From NCBI GenBank assembly GCA_963630025.1, contig CAVGKZ010000089.1, positions 14-64,013 on the forward strand: a stretch of 64,000 nt of DNA, given 5' to 3'. Of this stretch, positions 27,005 through 37,017 are shown piece after piece. The position numbers and the translations under genes are program-made. The stretch's first letter is position 1, and each line of letters opens with the position of its first letter. The notes under the pieces were generated by a model that was given only the letters and a program-made list of their open reading frames with translations, was not told where the DNA came from and ran no database searches. This DNA is from a bacterium (lineage in GTDB: Bacteria; Bacteroidota; Bacteroidia; Bacteroidales; Bacteroidaceae).

Positions 27005-27027
27005 GCCGTATTCTGCGGGTACAACCG

Positions 27028-28617
27028 CTATTTCTTGTCGTAGGCGTGCTGCGGATAGTCGAGAGTGTAGTGCAGGCCGCGGCACTCCTTGCGCTCTATG
27101 GCCCAGCGGGTGATGAGGTAGCCCACGTTTATCATGTTGCGAAGCTCGCAAATGTCGCGGCTTGCCTTTACGCGCTTAAAGAGATTCTCGGTCTCTTCAT
27201 ACAGCATGTCGAGCCTGTCCCATGCACGCTTCAGTCGCAGGTCGCTGCGCACGATGCCCACATAGTTGCTCATAATCTCGCCAACCTCCTTTACGCTCTG
27301 CGTGATGAGCACCTTCTCTTCGTTGGTCATAGTGCCTTCGTCGTTCCACTCGGGCACTTTCTCGTTGAAGTCGTACTCGTCTACATGGGCAAGCGAGTGT
27401 TTGGCAGCTGCATCCGCATAGACCACAGCCTCGATGAGCGAGTTGCTTGCCAGACGGTTGCCTCCGTGCAGTCCGGTGCACGAACATTCGCCGAGAGCGT
27501 AGAGCCGCTCTATGCTCGACTGGCCGTTGAGGTCAACCTTTATACCGCCGCACATGTAGTGGGCTGCCGGACGCACGGGTATGTAGTCGGTGGTGATGTC
27601 GATGCCTATGCTCTTGCACTTGGCGTAGATGTTGGGGAAGTGGCGCTTCGTTTCCTCTGCGTCTTTGTGGGTCACATCGAGGCAAACGTGGTTCAAGCCG
27701 TGTATCTTCATCTCCTTGTCTATGGCTCTTGCCACGATGTCGCGCGGCGCGAGAGACAGACGGCTGTCGTATTTCTCCATGAAAGTCTCGCCGTTTGGCA
27801 ATTTCAATATGGCGCCATAGCCGCGCATGGCCTCGGTGATGAGGAACGCCGGATGGGTTTCGCCGGGGTGGTAGAGTGCTGTGGGGTGGAACTGGACGAA
27901 CTCCATGTCGGCCACAGTGCCCTTGGCGCGGTAGACCATTGCCTCGCCGTCGCCCGTGGCAATCACGGGGTTGGTGGTGCTTTGGTATACGGCTCCGCAT
28001 CCTCCGGTGCACATCACCGTCACCTTGCTCAGGTAGGTGTCCACCTTCTGCGTGTCGGGATTGAGCACATATGCGCCGTAACAATATATATAAGGTGTGC
28101 GGCGGGTGACGCGCGCGCCCAAATGGTGTTGCGTGATTATCTCCACGGCGAAGTGGTTCTCCTTGATTTCGATGTCGGGATTGTTGCGCACGGCCTCCAT
28201 GAGTCCGCGCTGTATCTCGGCACCGGTGTCATCGGCATGGTGCAGTATGCGGAACTCCGAGTGGCCTCCCTCGCGGTGAAGGTCAAATTCGCCACCTTCC
28301 TTGCGGTCGAAGTTTACGCCCCAACCAACCAGTTCCTCTATCTGCGACGGCGCATTGCGCACCACCTGCTCCACGGCGCGGCGGTCACTGATGTAGTCGC
28401 CGGCAATCATCGTGTCTTCAATGTGTTTTTCAAAGTTGTCGATTTTCAGGTTTGTCACCGATGCAACGCCACCCTGTGCAAACGAGGTGTTGGCATCTTC
28501 GAGCGTAGTCTTGCATATCAGACAAACTTTCCCCTTGTGTGCTCTTGCAATTTTCAGAGCGTAACTCATGCCAGCTACGCCGGAACCTATTATAAGAAAG
28601 TCGTATTTGAATACCAT
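27028..28617 (-). CDS. nadB: L-aspartate oxidase
   Basis: FAD fold DFLIIGSGVAGMSYAL, ..HYMCGGIKVD.., ..RLASNSLIE... I prefer the ATG at 28617 (MVFKYDF..). Confidence 0.9.
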   Translation of the reverse strand: MVFKYDFLIIGSGVAGMSYALKIARAHKGKVCLICKTTLEDANTSFAQGGVASVTNLKIDNFEKHIEDTMIAGDYISDRRAVEQVVRNAPSQIEELVGWGVNFDRKEGGEFDLHREGGHSEFRILHHADDTGAEIQRGLMEAVRNNPDIEIKENHFAVEIITQHHLGARVTRRTPYIYCYGAYVLNPDTQKVDTYLSKVTVMCTGGCGAVYQSTTNPVIATGDGEAMVYRAKGTVADMEFVQFHPTALYHPGETHPAFLITEAMRGYGAILKLPNGETFMEKYDSRLSLAPRDIVARAIDKEMKIHGLNHVCLDVTHKDAEETKRHFPNIYAKCKSIGIDITTDYIPVRPAAHYMCGGIKVDLNGQSSIERLYALGECSCTGLHGGNRLASNSLIEAVVYADAAAKHSLAHVDEYDFNEKVPEWNDEGTMTNEEKVLITQSVKEVGEIMSNYVGIVRSDLRLKRAWDRLDMLYEETENLFKRVKASRDICELRNMINVGYLITRWAIERKECRGLHYTLDYPQHAYDKK

Positions 28618-28855
28618 AACAGTGTTTTTTGGATGTTGCAAAAGTATACATTTTAATCCGTAAGGGATATTTTTGTAATGTTATATTTTTGCGTTTACTG
28701 CGTTTTTCCGTAAATTTGTGGTCAATTATGTGGTGTTGTTGCGCCTTATAGGCTGTTGCTTCCGTTTATGCATGGCCTCGGGGCGTGGCCTATGTGCGTG
28801 TGTCGGGTGTTGCGAAAATGCAGTCCGGCTGGCGTGTCCACACCTTACTATATAT

Positions 28856-30112
28856 ATGAAACATTTCTTGTTTTTCGTTCTGTCTGCCGTATTCGCGCCC
28901 TTGATGGCGTTGGCGCAAACAGACAATCAGCTTGACGACAACGACGAAACCGCTGAACAGGGCGACTCAGTGGCCGTGGACACGGTGGCAGCGGAGACCG
29001 CTCTGCCGTGGCCGGACAATGCCAAGTCGGCCTTGGAACACCTGTTGGACAGCCGTATGTTTGAGACTTCGCAAGTGGGACTGATGGTCTATGACCTCAC
29101 AGCCGACAGCACAATATTCCAAAAGAACGAGCGGCAGATGATGCGTCCGGCATCGACAATGAAGCTGCTCACCGCCATAGCTGCCATCGACCGGCTCGGT
29201 GGTTCGTACCTGTTGCGCACTTCGCTCTGCTATAAGGGCAAGATAGAGAACCGCACTCTCACTGGCGACGTGTATTGCGTTGGCGGTTTCGACCCGAGAT
29301 TCAACGCCGACGACATGAATGCCTTTGTGGAAGGACTGCGAAGCATGGGCGTTGACACGATACGTGGCCGCATCGTGGCAGACAAGTCCATGAAAACGAG
29401 CGACACACTTGGCGAGGGATGGTGCTGGGACGATGACAACCCCGTGTTGTCGCCTCTGCTTGTGTCTCGCAAAGACAGGTTTGTGGAACGGTTCATAGAG
29501 GAGCTGCGCGAGTCGGGAGTTGTGGTTGAGGCTTACAACTCCGAGGGTGAGGCCCCGCAGGATGCCTCCGTGGTATGCGCACGTTCGCACACCATCGACC
29601 AGATACTCACGCGGATGATGAAGGAAAGCGACAATCTCTATGCCGAAGCGCTGTTCTATCAGGTGGCAGCTGCCTCAGGCGACCGTCCGGCAAAGGCTTC
29701 CCACGCCCGTTCGGCGATAAAGAAACTGTTGGGCAAAGCCGGACTGGACGCTTCTATGTGTAAGATTGCTGACGGCAGCGGACTCTCCTTATACAATTAT
29801 GTGTCGGCGGAAATAGAGACAAAGCTGCTGCGCTATGCCTACCGCAACTCCAATATATACCTGCATCTGTATCCCTCGCTGCCAATAGCCGGTGAAGACG
29901 GTACTCTGCGCAAGCGCATGAAGGGCACTCACGCCGAGAGTAACGTGAGGGCAAAGACCGGAACGCTCACTGGAGTGTACTCGCTTGCGGGCTACTGCAC
30001 GGCTGCCAACGGTCATGTGCTGTGCTTCGCGATACTGAATCAGGGAGTGCTTCACGGCAACAACGCCCGCTCTTTTCAGGATAAGGTGTGCTCCGTGCTG
30101 TGCCGACCGTAG
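28856..30112 (+). CDS. dacB: D-alanyl-D-alanine carboxypeptidase/endopeptidase (PBP4 family)
   Basis: Signal peptide MKHFLFFVLSAVFAPLMALAQ. SxxK (PASTMKLLT), SxN (ESDNLYAE) and KTG (RAKTGTLTG) motifs. Confidence 0.85.
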   Translation: MKHFLFFVLSAVFAPLMALAQTDNQLDDNDETAEQGDSVAVDTVAAETALPWPDNAKSALEHLLDSRMFETSQVGLMVYDLTADSTIFQKNERQMMRPASTMKLLTAIAAIDRLGGSYLLRTSLCYKGKIENRTLTGDVYCVGGFDPRFNADDMNAFVEGLRSMGVDTIRGRIVADKSMKTSDTLGEGWCWDDDNPVLSPLLVSRKDRFVERFIEELRESGVVVEAYNSEGEAPQDASVVCARSHTIDQILTRMMKESDNLYAEALFYQVAAASGDRPAKASHARSAIKKLLGKAGLDASMCKIADGSGLSLYNYVSAEIETKLLRYAYRNSNIYLHLYPSLPIAGEDGTLRKRMKGTHAESNVRAKTGTLTGVYSLAGYCTAANGHVLCFAILNQGVLHGNNARSFQDKVCSVLCRP

Positions 30113-30185
30113 CGCGATACAAGGAAAATCAGAATTTATGCGTAATTTTGCATAGGGCAAAACGACAACAGTAACTATATCCAAC

Positions 30186-31010
30186 ATGACAACAGACACC
30201 AACACCGGCAGCACAAACGGACAAAAGCTCGTAATCAGAGTGGGGCGAGGATCGCTGGCTTTCGCCTCCACAAAGATGGAAAGCGGTGAAGCCAAGGTGA
30301 CATACGAACCATATACGGTGCGCAGCGGTGTGTCGCTTGCGGCCAATCTGCGCGAGGCGTTCAAAGAAGGCGGACTTCCGTCGGCTGACTACCGCAAGGT
30401 TCTGGTGCTTGTGGATGCCCCTGTGCTGATGGTTCCGGTAGACTTATATAACGAAAGTGAAGCTCCAATGCTCTACGCCCACGCCTTTCCGCACAACAAG
30501 AGTGCCGTTACGGCGGTGGCCGACGTGCTGCCCGACCTCAATGCGGTGGCGGTGTTCGGCGTGAACAAGGACTTGAAACTCGTCATAGACGACCGTTTCC
30601 CAGTCGTACAGTACGGCACCGTCATGGGTTCTGTGTGGAGATACTTGTATAAACGCAGCTTTACCGGTACGCGAGGCAAACTCTATGGCTATTTCCATGG
30701 TCGCCATCTGGAACTGTTCCGCTTCGGCAAAAACCGTTTCAAGTTCTGCAACGCCTTTGAAGTGGATAACGCCCACGATGCGGCCTACTTCATTCTTTGC
30801 GTGTGGAAGCAACTTGGCATGGATGCGGATGGCGACGAACTGTTTCTCGTGGGCGACATACCTGAACGGGAATGGCTCATAGGTGAGATGAAAAGCTATC
30901 TGCACAGAGTGTATACAGTCAACCCGGCTGGCGATTTCAACCGTGCTCCGGTTACGCAGATAAAGGGTATGCCGTATGATTTGATGACTTTTTTTGTAAA
31001 AGGGAGGTGA
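30186..31010 (+). CDS. conserved hypothetical protein (possibly DUF3822 family, usually next to rsmD in Bacteroidales)
   Basis: 274-aa soluble protein with no motif I can assign. The family name is recalled from synteny only. Confidence 0.45.
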   Translation: MTTDTNTGSTNGQKLVIRVGRGSLAFASTKMESGEAKVTYEPYTVRSGVSLAANLREAFKEGGLPSADYRKVLVLVDAPVLMVPVDLYNESEAPMLYAHAFPHNKSAVTAVADVLPDLNAVAVFGVNKDLKLVIDDRFPVVQYGTVMGSVWRYLYKRSFTGTRGKLYGYFHGRHLELFRFGKNRFKFCNAFEVDNAHDAAYFILCVWKQLGMDADGDELFLVGDIPEREWLIGEMKSYLHRVYTVNPAGDFNRAPVTQIKGMPYDLMTFFVKGR

Positions 31011-31016
31011 CAACCG

Positions 31017-31550
31017 ATGCGTGTGATAACAGGAAAATACAAAGGAAGGCGGTTTGACATACCGCGGACGTTCAAGGCAAGGCCGACAACCGACTTTGCC
31101 AAGGAGAATATCTTCAATGTTCTTGGTTCTTATGTGGACTTCGACGGAGCTGCGGCACTTGACTTGTTTTCCGGAACGGGCAGCATTTCGCTTGAAATGT
31201 TGTCGCGAGGCTGCTCCCGTGTGGTCAGTGTGGAACAGGACAGAGACCACCACGCTTTCATAGTGCAGTGCTTGAAGAAGCTTGGCGACAACTGTTGTCT
31301 GCCTCTTCGCACCGATGCGTTGCGCTTCATAAAGGCTTGCCGTGAACAGTACGACATCGTTTTTGCCGATCCACCATACGCTTTGCCCGAACTGCCGAGC
31401 ATCCCAGGAATGATAATAGAGAAAGGTTTGGTGAAAGAAGGTGGCGTACTGGTGTTTGAACACGGTGCGAAAAACGACTTCAGTTCACTGCCTAACTTTG
31501 CCGAACGCCGTGCTTATGGAAGCGTAAACTTCTCGATATTCCGGTTCTGA
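31017..31550 (+). CDS. rsmD: 16S rRNA (guanine966-N2)-methyltransferase RsmD
   Basis: MRVITGKYKGRRF.., SAM motif DLFSGTGSISLE, DPPY motif VFADPPY. Confidence 0.85.
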   Translation: MRVITGKYKGRRFDIPRTFKARPTTDFAKENIFNVLGSYVDFDGAAALDLFSGTGSISLEMLSRGCSRVVSVEQDRDHHAFIVQCLKKLGDNCCLPLRTDALRFIKACREQYDIVFADPPYALPELPSIPGMIIEKGLVKEGGVLVFEHGAKNDFSSLPNFAERRAYGSVNFSIFRF

Positions 31551-31604
31551 ATAGCGTTTGCACCACCTTATGATATTCAACAGAGCAACTCGTATATGGT
31601 TGCT

Positions 31605-33029
31605 CTAGAATAGAGGCGACAGCATCCTCGCCACGCTTTCTGTCAGTCTCTTTATGAATCTTGGCTTCATGCGCTTCTCCACGTCCTTGAACGCCACGGT
31701 TCGCGTTTGGTCGTGCAGGAATATCTCCTTGAAACGCAACGCTGTGCTCTCGTCGTAGATAAAAACGTTGCCCTCAAAGTTGTTTTCGAAACTTCGGAAG
31801 TCGAAGTTAGCCGAGCCGCATGACACCAAAGAGTCGTCGCAGATGAACAGTTTGCTGTGCAGGAAACCACCGTTGTACAAGTAAACTTCCGCTCCGGCCT
31901 TTACCAACTCGCGCAGATACGACCGTCCTCCCCATTCGGCAAGGCGCGCATCGGTCTGCCACGGCACTATTATGCGCACGTCCAAACCGCCGAGAATGGC
32001 TGTCTTCAGTGCGAAGAGCACCGGTTCGTTGGGCAGAAAATAGGGTGATTCGATGTATATATACTTGCGTGCGGCTAGGATAAGCCGCACGTAGCCCTGC
32101 ATTATCTCCGGGTTTGCTGATATGGGACTGCTCGTCACGGTCTGTATAATGCAGTTGTTTGGTTCAGCCACAAGCGGTTGCGGATAGTATTTCCGATCGG
32201 AAATGAGCGTGCGGTCAACGAAGTACCAGTCTATGAGAAACGCCCTTTGCAGTCCGTAAACTGCTCCACCTGTCACCTTTACAGCAGTGTCGCGCCAAGG
32301 GCTGCTGTCCTTCCCTTTGACATAACGCAAGGCAATGTTCATTCCGCCAATGAATCCCACCTGTCCGTCTATTACTACAATCTTGCGGTGGTTGCGGTAG
32401 TTGACCTTACTTGTGAACGAGGGGAAGCGCACGGGCAGGAACGGACATACCTCAATGCCCTCTTCGCGCAAGCGTTCAAAGAACCTGTGGCTTACGTTCC
32501 AGCATCCAACGTCGTCGTATATCACCCTTACTTCAACGCCGCAGCGCGCCCTGTCAATCAGCGCGTCGGCAACGAGTGTGCCCAAGGCGTCGTCCTCGAA
32601 TATGTAGAAGTCCATGTGGATATGGTTCTTGGCCTTGCTGATGGCTGCCAAGAGTGCAGGGAAGAAGGCGTAGCCGTCAGTATATACTTCAAGGGCGTTG
32701 TCCTTGAATGGCATGGCGAAGTTCTGGTTGATGAACAAGTCAACCGTCTGCTTGTGCTTCTCAGGTACTTTGAGGTCGTGCTGCTCCACAAATTCGAGCA
32801 TCGCACGTTTGGTCAGTTGGTTCATACTGCGCGAACTAACCAGTCGTTCGCGCCTTGTGTTGACACCGAAAAAGAGATAGAAGATGATGCCGACAAAGGG
32901 TATGAAGTAAATCACGAGCACCCACGCCATGGTTTTGGCCGGTTGGCGGTTGTCCATAAGCACGTGAACAATCATCAACACCACGATTATTTCGTATAAA
33001 GCTACGAATGTGAGGTAAAGTCCGTGCAT
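31605..33029 (-). CDS. cls: cardiolipin synthase
   Basis: Two N-terminal TM helices and two HKD motifs (HRKIVVIDGQVGFIGGMN; HSKLFICDDSLVSCGSANFD). Confidence 0.9.
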   Translation of the reverse strand: MHGLYLTFVALYEIIVVLMIVHVLMDNRQPAKTMAWVLVIYFIPFVGIIFYLFFGVNTRRERLVSSRSMNQLTKRAMLEFVEQHDLKVPEKHKQTVDLFINQNFAMPFKDNALEVYTDGYAFFPALLAAISKAKNHIHMDFYIFEDDALGTLVADALIDRARCGVEVRVIYDDVGCWNVSHRFFERLREEGIEVCPFLPVRFPSFTSKVNYRNHRKIVVIDGQVGFIGGMNIALRYVKGKDSSPWRDTAVKVTGGAVYGLQRAFLIDWYFVDRTLISDRKYYPQPLVAEPNNCIIQTVTSSPISANPEIMQGYVRLILAARKYIYIESPYFLPNEPVLFALKTAILGGLDVRIIVPWQTDARLAEWGGRSYLRELVKAGAEVYLYNGGFLHSKLFICDDSLVSCGSANFDFRSFENNFEGNVFIYDESTALRFKEIFLHDQTRTVAFKDVEKRMKPRFIKRLTESVARMLSPLF

Positions 33030-33074
33030 AGGCGTGTGGTTTGTTCGTTAGGTCTAGTAGTAGGACAGGTGGAC

Positions 33075-35036
33075 TTACACGATGAGGTCGCTGCCTATCT
33101 GTCGGGCGAGAATGTCGCGCAACTGCTGCGTTTCCTTGTAGTCCTGCATGAGAGCTTTTATGGTCTCCATGTCTCCGCCCGACTGTTTCAGTTGCGACTG
33201 TATGTCCTTCAGCCGCTTTTTCACTATGCTCAGGCGGAAATCGAGCACAAGGTGGTTGATTTTTTGCTGCAGGTCTTCTGACTTTATCTCCGGTTCGAGA
33301 CTGCGACTGAGCTGGTAGTGGTTGATGGCAAGCCGCGTTGCGAGGTTGCTTATGTCCACGTCGTGATGCCCCATGAAGTAGGCTTCCGCCTTGAAGTCCG
33401 GGTCGCCGCAGTGCTCCACGGCCTCGCTGAGTATGCGGTTGTACAGTTCTTGGCTGAACTGCAGTCCGTCTTGTGCAAAGTCGTAGTCAACATACTGCGC
33501 CAGAGTGAGGTTCACCGTCTGTCCGTCTTCCGTTTCCAGTCCCTCATATATCACCTCTTCGCCGTGGCGAATCACGAGTTGCATAATCAGCAGTTCCACC
33601 TCAGCCACCTGTTCGTCGGTGGTGTGAAGTCCTATGGCAGGCATCTTTGCCTGTCCCTGCTCCGCTGCTTCGGCTTCCCGTTCCTGTCTCCGCTGTTCCC
33701 TTTCCGACTCCTTCGCCTTCTCTTCCTTGTTGCTGCGGATGAATTTGTTGGTGGTGTTCACGAGCGTCTGCTCGCTCATCTCCAGCCGTTCGGAGCATTC
33801 GCGCAGATAAGTGTCGCGTGTTATTTGGTTGGGAATTACCGACACGCTCTTCACTATGCTGCTGATTGCCTCCGACCTCTTGATGGGGTCGGTCACTCCG
33901 CGCAGCATGTGGTCGGTCTTGAAACGGATGAAGTCTGTCTGGTTGTCGGCGATGTACTGGCGGAAGCTCTCCGCTGTGTGCTTTCTTGAGAAGCTGTCGG
34001 GGTCGTCGCCGTCGGGCAAGACGAGCACCTTGATGTTCATTCCCTCGGCCAGAAGCATGTCCGTACCGCGCATGGCGGCATGTATTCCGGCCTCGTCGCC
34101 GTCGTATAGCAGCACGATGTTCGACGTGAAGCGGTGCAGAATGTGTATCTGGTGTACGCTCAAGGCGGTGCCGGAGTTGGCCACAACGTTCTCTATGCCG
34201 CACTGGTGCATGGCAATAACGTCGGTGTAGCCCTCCACCATGAACACACTGTCTTCCTTCACTATTGCGCGCTTGGCCTGATAGAGACCGTAGAGTTCGT
34301 GGTCTTTGTGGTAGATGTCCGACTCCGGCGAGTTGACATACTTCTGCTGAACGCCCTTTGTGCGCGAGTCGAGCAGTCGGCCTCCGAAGGCGTTCACCTG
34401 TCCGCTTACGCTCAGCCACGGAAAAATAACCCTGCCGGCATAGCGGTCAACGAGTTCACCGTTGTCCTTCTTATAGCACAAGCCGGTCTTTATCAGAAAC
34501 TCTTCCTTGTAGCCCTTACTCAGAGCCGCTGCTGAAAGACTACTCCTGTCGGGTAGAGCATAGCCCAGCTGAAACTTGTTTATAATGTCGTCACGGAAGC
34601 CTCGGCTGCGGAAATACTGCAAGCCTATGGCCTGGCCGTCGGGATTGTTTCGCAGAATGTCGCGGAAATAGTCCTTCGCCCATTCGTTGACGATGAACAT
34701 GCTCTCTCTCTCGCTGGCTTCACGCTTTTCGTCGTCGGAGAGTTCACGCTCCTTAATCTCAATGTTATATTTCTTGGCGAGCCACTTCAGAGCCTCGGGA
34801 TAGGTCATCTGCTCGTGCTCCATGATGAACTTCACCGCATTGCCGCCTTTGCCGCAGGCGAAGCAGTGGCAGAGTCCCTTGGCCGGCGACACTACAAACG
34901 AGGGCGTCTTGTCGTCGTGAAACGGACAAAGCCCCTTGTAGTTGACTCCGGCCTTGCGTAGACTGACAAAGTCGGAGACGACATCAACGATGTCGGCTGC
35001 GTCCATTATGCGGTCAACGGTGGCTCTGTCTATCAT
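33075..35036 (-). CDS. dnaG: DNA primase
   Basis: Zinc finger CPFHDDKTPSF..CFACGKGG, TOPRIM block VEGYTDV.. and ..LYDGDEAG... Confidence 0.9.
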   Translation of the reverse strand: MIDRATVDRIMDAADIVDVVSDFVSLRKAGVNYKGLCPFHDDKTPSFVVSPAKGLCHCFACGKGGNAVKFIMEHEQMTYPEALKWLAKKYNIEIKERELSDDEKREASERESMFIVNEWAKDYFRDILRNNPDGQAIGLQYFRSRGFRDDIINKFQLGYALPDRSSLSAAALSKGYKEEFLIKTGLCYKKDNGELVDRYAGRVIFPWLSVSGQVNAFGGRLLDSRTKGVQQKYVNSPESDIYHKDHELYGLYQAKRAIVKEDSVFMVEGYTDVIAMHQCGIENVVANSGTALSVHQIHILHRFTSNIVLLYDGDEAGIHAAMRGTDMLLAEGMNIKVLVLPDGDDPDSFSRKHTAESFRQYIADNQTDFIRFKTDHMLRGVTDPIKRSEAISSIVKSVSVIPNQITRDTYLRECSERLEMSEQTLVNTTNKFIRSNKEEKAKESEREQRRQEREAEAAEQGQAKMPAIGLHTTDEQVAEVELLIMQLVIRHGEEVIYEGLETEDGQTVNLTLAQYVDYDFAQDGLQFSQELYNRILSEAVEHCGDPDFKAEAYFMGHHDVDISNLATRLAINHYQLSRSLEPEIKSEDLQQKINHLVLDFRLSIVKKRLKDIQSQLKQSGGDMETIKALMQDYKETQQLRDILARQIGSDLIV

Positions 35037-35110
35037 TCTGCCGTGTAGATAAGTTGTTTAGTCGTACATGGGCTTGTTTTGTGCTTTTGTGGCAGAGGGG
35101 GCGCAGCGGG

Positions 35111-35128
35111 GACGCAGCGCCTACTAAG
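35111..35128. repeat. solo arm of the family C repeat (gacgcagcgcctactaag)
   Basis: Identical to the right arm at 48688-48705. It lies between the dnaG start and the esterase stop. Confidence 0.6.
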
Positions 35129-35154
35129 CCTTCGCGCACAAGAGTCCTTCTCTT

Positions 35155-36774
35155 TTATTTCAGGTATTTCGCCAGCGGACTCTTTGTCTTCTTCAGAGCC
35201 TTGGCAAAACATTTGGCGTTGGTGCGTGCTCCGAGCAGCGAAGTGTGCGTGTGGTCGCGGTTGTAGTAGGCCATGGCCTTTTCCTTGCTGCCGCACTTCT
35301 TGTCGAGATAGTCGGCGGTGGTGTTGTGCAAGTCAACGAATGTGGTGCCTGTCTCCTCAGCCACTTCACGATACCACTTGCCGTAGGTGTCGTTGCGGCG
35401 TTCTATCTTGCCGTCTTTCCACTCGTTGCGCGGTGTGAGCGACACGAGTATAGGCGTGGCTCCCTTTTCCTTGACATCCTGAATGAACTTCTTCAGATAC
35501 CAGCCGAAAGTGTAAACCAGTTCGTAGCGACCCGATTCCTTCATCTTGTATACGTGTGTAGAGTCGGACGTGCCGGGTATGGTGCCGCGCATCTTCTTGT
35601 CGTCCACAGGACCAATGTCGTTGTGGCCGAACTGAATGAGCACATAGTCGCCCGGTTGCAGCGAGTTGTACACCTGGTCCCAACGGCCTTCGTTGAGATA
35701 GGAACGTGTGGAGCGTCCCGCTTTGGCGCAGTTCACGCACGTGATTTTCTTCTCGTTGAACACGGTGCCGGCTTGCGAACCCCAGCCCCACATGCCGTTC
35801 TCGTCCTTGTCCTCGTTCTTTACGGTGGAGTCGCCGGTGATGAACACCACTGGCTTGCCCTTCTCGCGGTTGACGCTCACTGTGGGCAGGGTCATGTCTT
35901 TCATCATGGCCTGCAGCGGAGCCAGCTTCGGGTCGGTGCTTGCGGCCAGTCCCTCAGCGGCCGAGCGGGCATTGAGCTCGGCTCCGAACTTGCTTGTGTG
36001 GATGTGGTCTTTGTAGAAGTGGTAGCTCTCCTTCCACTTACCGAACTTGTCGAGCTTGCTTCCCGATATTTCGTTGAGGTCGATGTATGGCACGCCCGTT
36101 TCCTTGCTCACCTCTTCGAGCCACTTGCTGTGCGGCTTGCGCACAATCTTGCCGTCGTCGCCATAGGCGTCGCGCGGTGTGAGCGACATGAGTATGGGGT
36201 TGGCTCCTGCCTTTCTGATGTCCTCGATGTACTTGCGCATATATCCGCCATAGGTGTAGACGGTCTCCTTCTCGCCCGTTTCCTTTATTGTCACGTTGAT
36301 GGAGTCGTGTCCGGCACCTGGTATGGTGGCGCGTGCGCGTCCGCTGTCGTACGGTCCGTTGTCGTTGTGGCCAATCGACACTATCACCCAGTCGCCCGGC
36401 TTCAGGGCCTTGCGCACGTCGGGCCACAGTTTGTTGTAGAATGTGCGGCTGCTCATGCCTCCGAGGGCTTGGTTCTCGACGGTTATTTTGTCGTCGTTGA
36501 AGTATTTGTGCTCAAAGTATCCCCATCCCCACTGGCCGTTGCTGCCGTTGCCGAGCGTGCCGTTGCGCATGGTAGAGTTGCCTATGAGGAATAGCACCGG
36601 GTTGTTGCCCTTGCGGCTTGAACCGGGTGCGGGGCGAGCCATCAAGGCTTTCGCTATACTGTCGGGGGTGTTGTCCACCACTTTGTTTACGTCCTCTATG
36701 GGGTTGGGCACTTGGGCAAAAGCGGCAAGAGCCGTCGTTCCGCAAATAGCAATAGTAGATAGTAGTCTTTTCAT
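35155..36774 (-). CDS. secreted tandem SGNH/GDSL hydrolase (two rhamnogalacturonan-acetylesterase-like domains)
   Basis: Signal peptide MKRLLSTIAICGTTALAAFAQ. Two sets of SGNH blocks: GNST/GDST, GHND (SIGHNDNG, QFGHNDIG) and DxxH (DHIHTS, DHTHTS). Confidence 0.8.
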   Translation of the reverse strand: MKRLLSTIAICGTTALAAFAQVPNPIEDVNKVVDNTPDSIAKALMARPAPGSSRKGNNPVLFLIGNSTMRNGTLGNGSNGQWGWGYFEHKYFNDDKITVENQALGGMSSRTFYNKLWPDVRKALKPGDWVIVSIGHNDNGPYDSGRARATIPGAGHDSINVTIKETGEKETVYTYGGYMRKYIEDIRKAGANPILMSLTPRDAYGDDGKIVRKPHSKWLEEVSKETGVPYIDLNEISGSKLDKFGKWKESYHFYKDHIHTSKFGAELNARSAAEGLAASTDPKLAPLQAMMKDMTLPTVSVNREKGKPVVFITGDSTVKNEDKDENGMWGWGSQAGTVFNEKKITCVNCAKAGRSTRSYLNEGRWDQVYNSLQPGDYVLIQFGHNDIGPVDDKKMRGTIPGTSDSTHVYKMKESGRYELVYTFGWYLKKFIQDVKEKGATPILVSLTPRNEWKDGKIERRNDTYGKWYREVAEETGTTFVDLHNTTADYLDKKCGSKEKAMAYYNRDHTHTSLLGARTNAKCFAKALKKTKSPLAKYLK

Positions 36775-36800
36775 CGTTGCTTTTAGGTATGTTTCGTGTA

Positions 36801-36900
36801 ATATGCAAAGATAGTGCAAACGAGCGGAAAAGAAAACTTGTTTTCAATTTCCCGAGTGCAGCCTATCTTATGCAAAGTTAGTGCAAACGAGAGGAAAACC
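36801..36900 (-). repeat. family D repeat, about 1.4 units (period 67) carrying the promoter of the esterase gene
   Basis: atgcaaagatagtgcaaacgagcgg...cccgagtgcagcctatcttatgcaaagttagtgcaaacgagagg. The minus strand gives cacTAtcTTTGcat 32 nt before the ATG at 36774. Confidence 0.75.
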
Positions 36901-37017
36901 AAAGACTTTGCATCTGTTTTTAGTCTCCTATATAATATAACAAGGTGTAAGTTGCCTCTTGCGAGCAATAAAAAAGCCCGGAGCATTGCCCCGGGCTATG
37001 AAGCTATAGCGTTCAAC

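Noticed and set aside
26940-27027. A fluoride riboswitch upstream of crcB (the spacer contains GGCGAUGGG, reminiscent of the crcB-motif 5' end).
   Set aside because: That string is the descending arm of the nadB terminator hairpin. The other conserved crcB-motif segments (the AACCGCC-like and GAUGAUG-like elements, as I recall them) are absent. A cmsearch would be needed for certainty.
26863-28656. Very long antisense ORFs opposite real genes: 26863-28656 vs nadB, 36814-38646 vs fumarase, 44875-46992 vs the antiporter, 61076-62692 vs cimA, 21518-23164 vs mfd, 11710-13068 vs rplY/pth, 25377-26402 vs aroB, 35245-36594 vs the esterase.
   Set aside because: In every case the opposite-strand protein has clear family motifs. 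The antisense translations are low-complexity (H/V/A/R/G-rich) with no motifs. Such shadow ORFs are expected in GC-rich, codon-biased genes.
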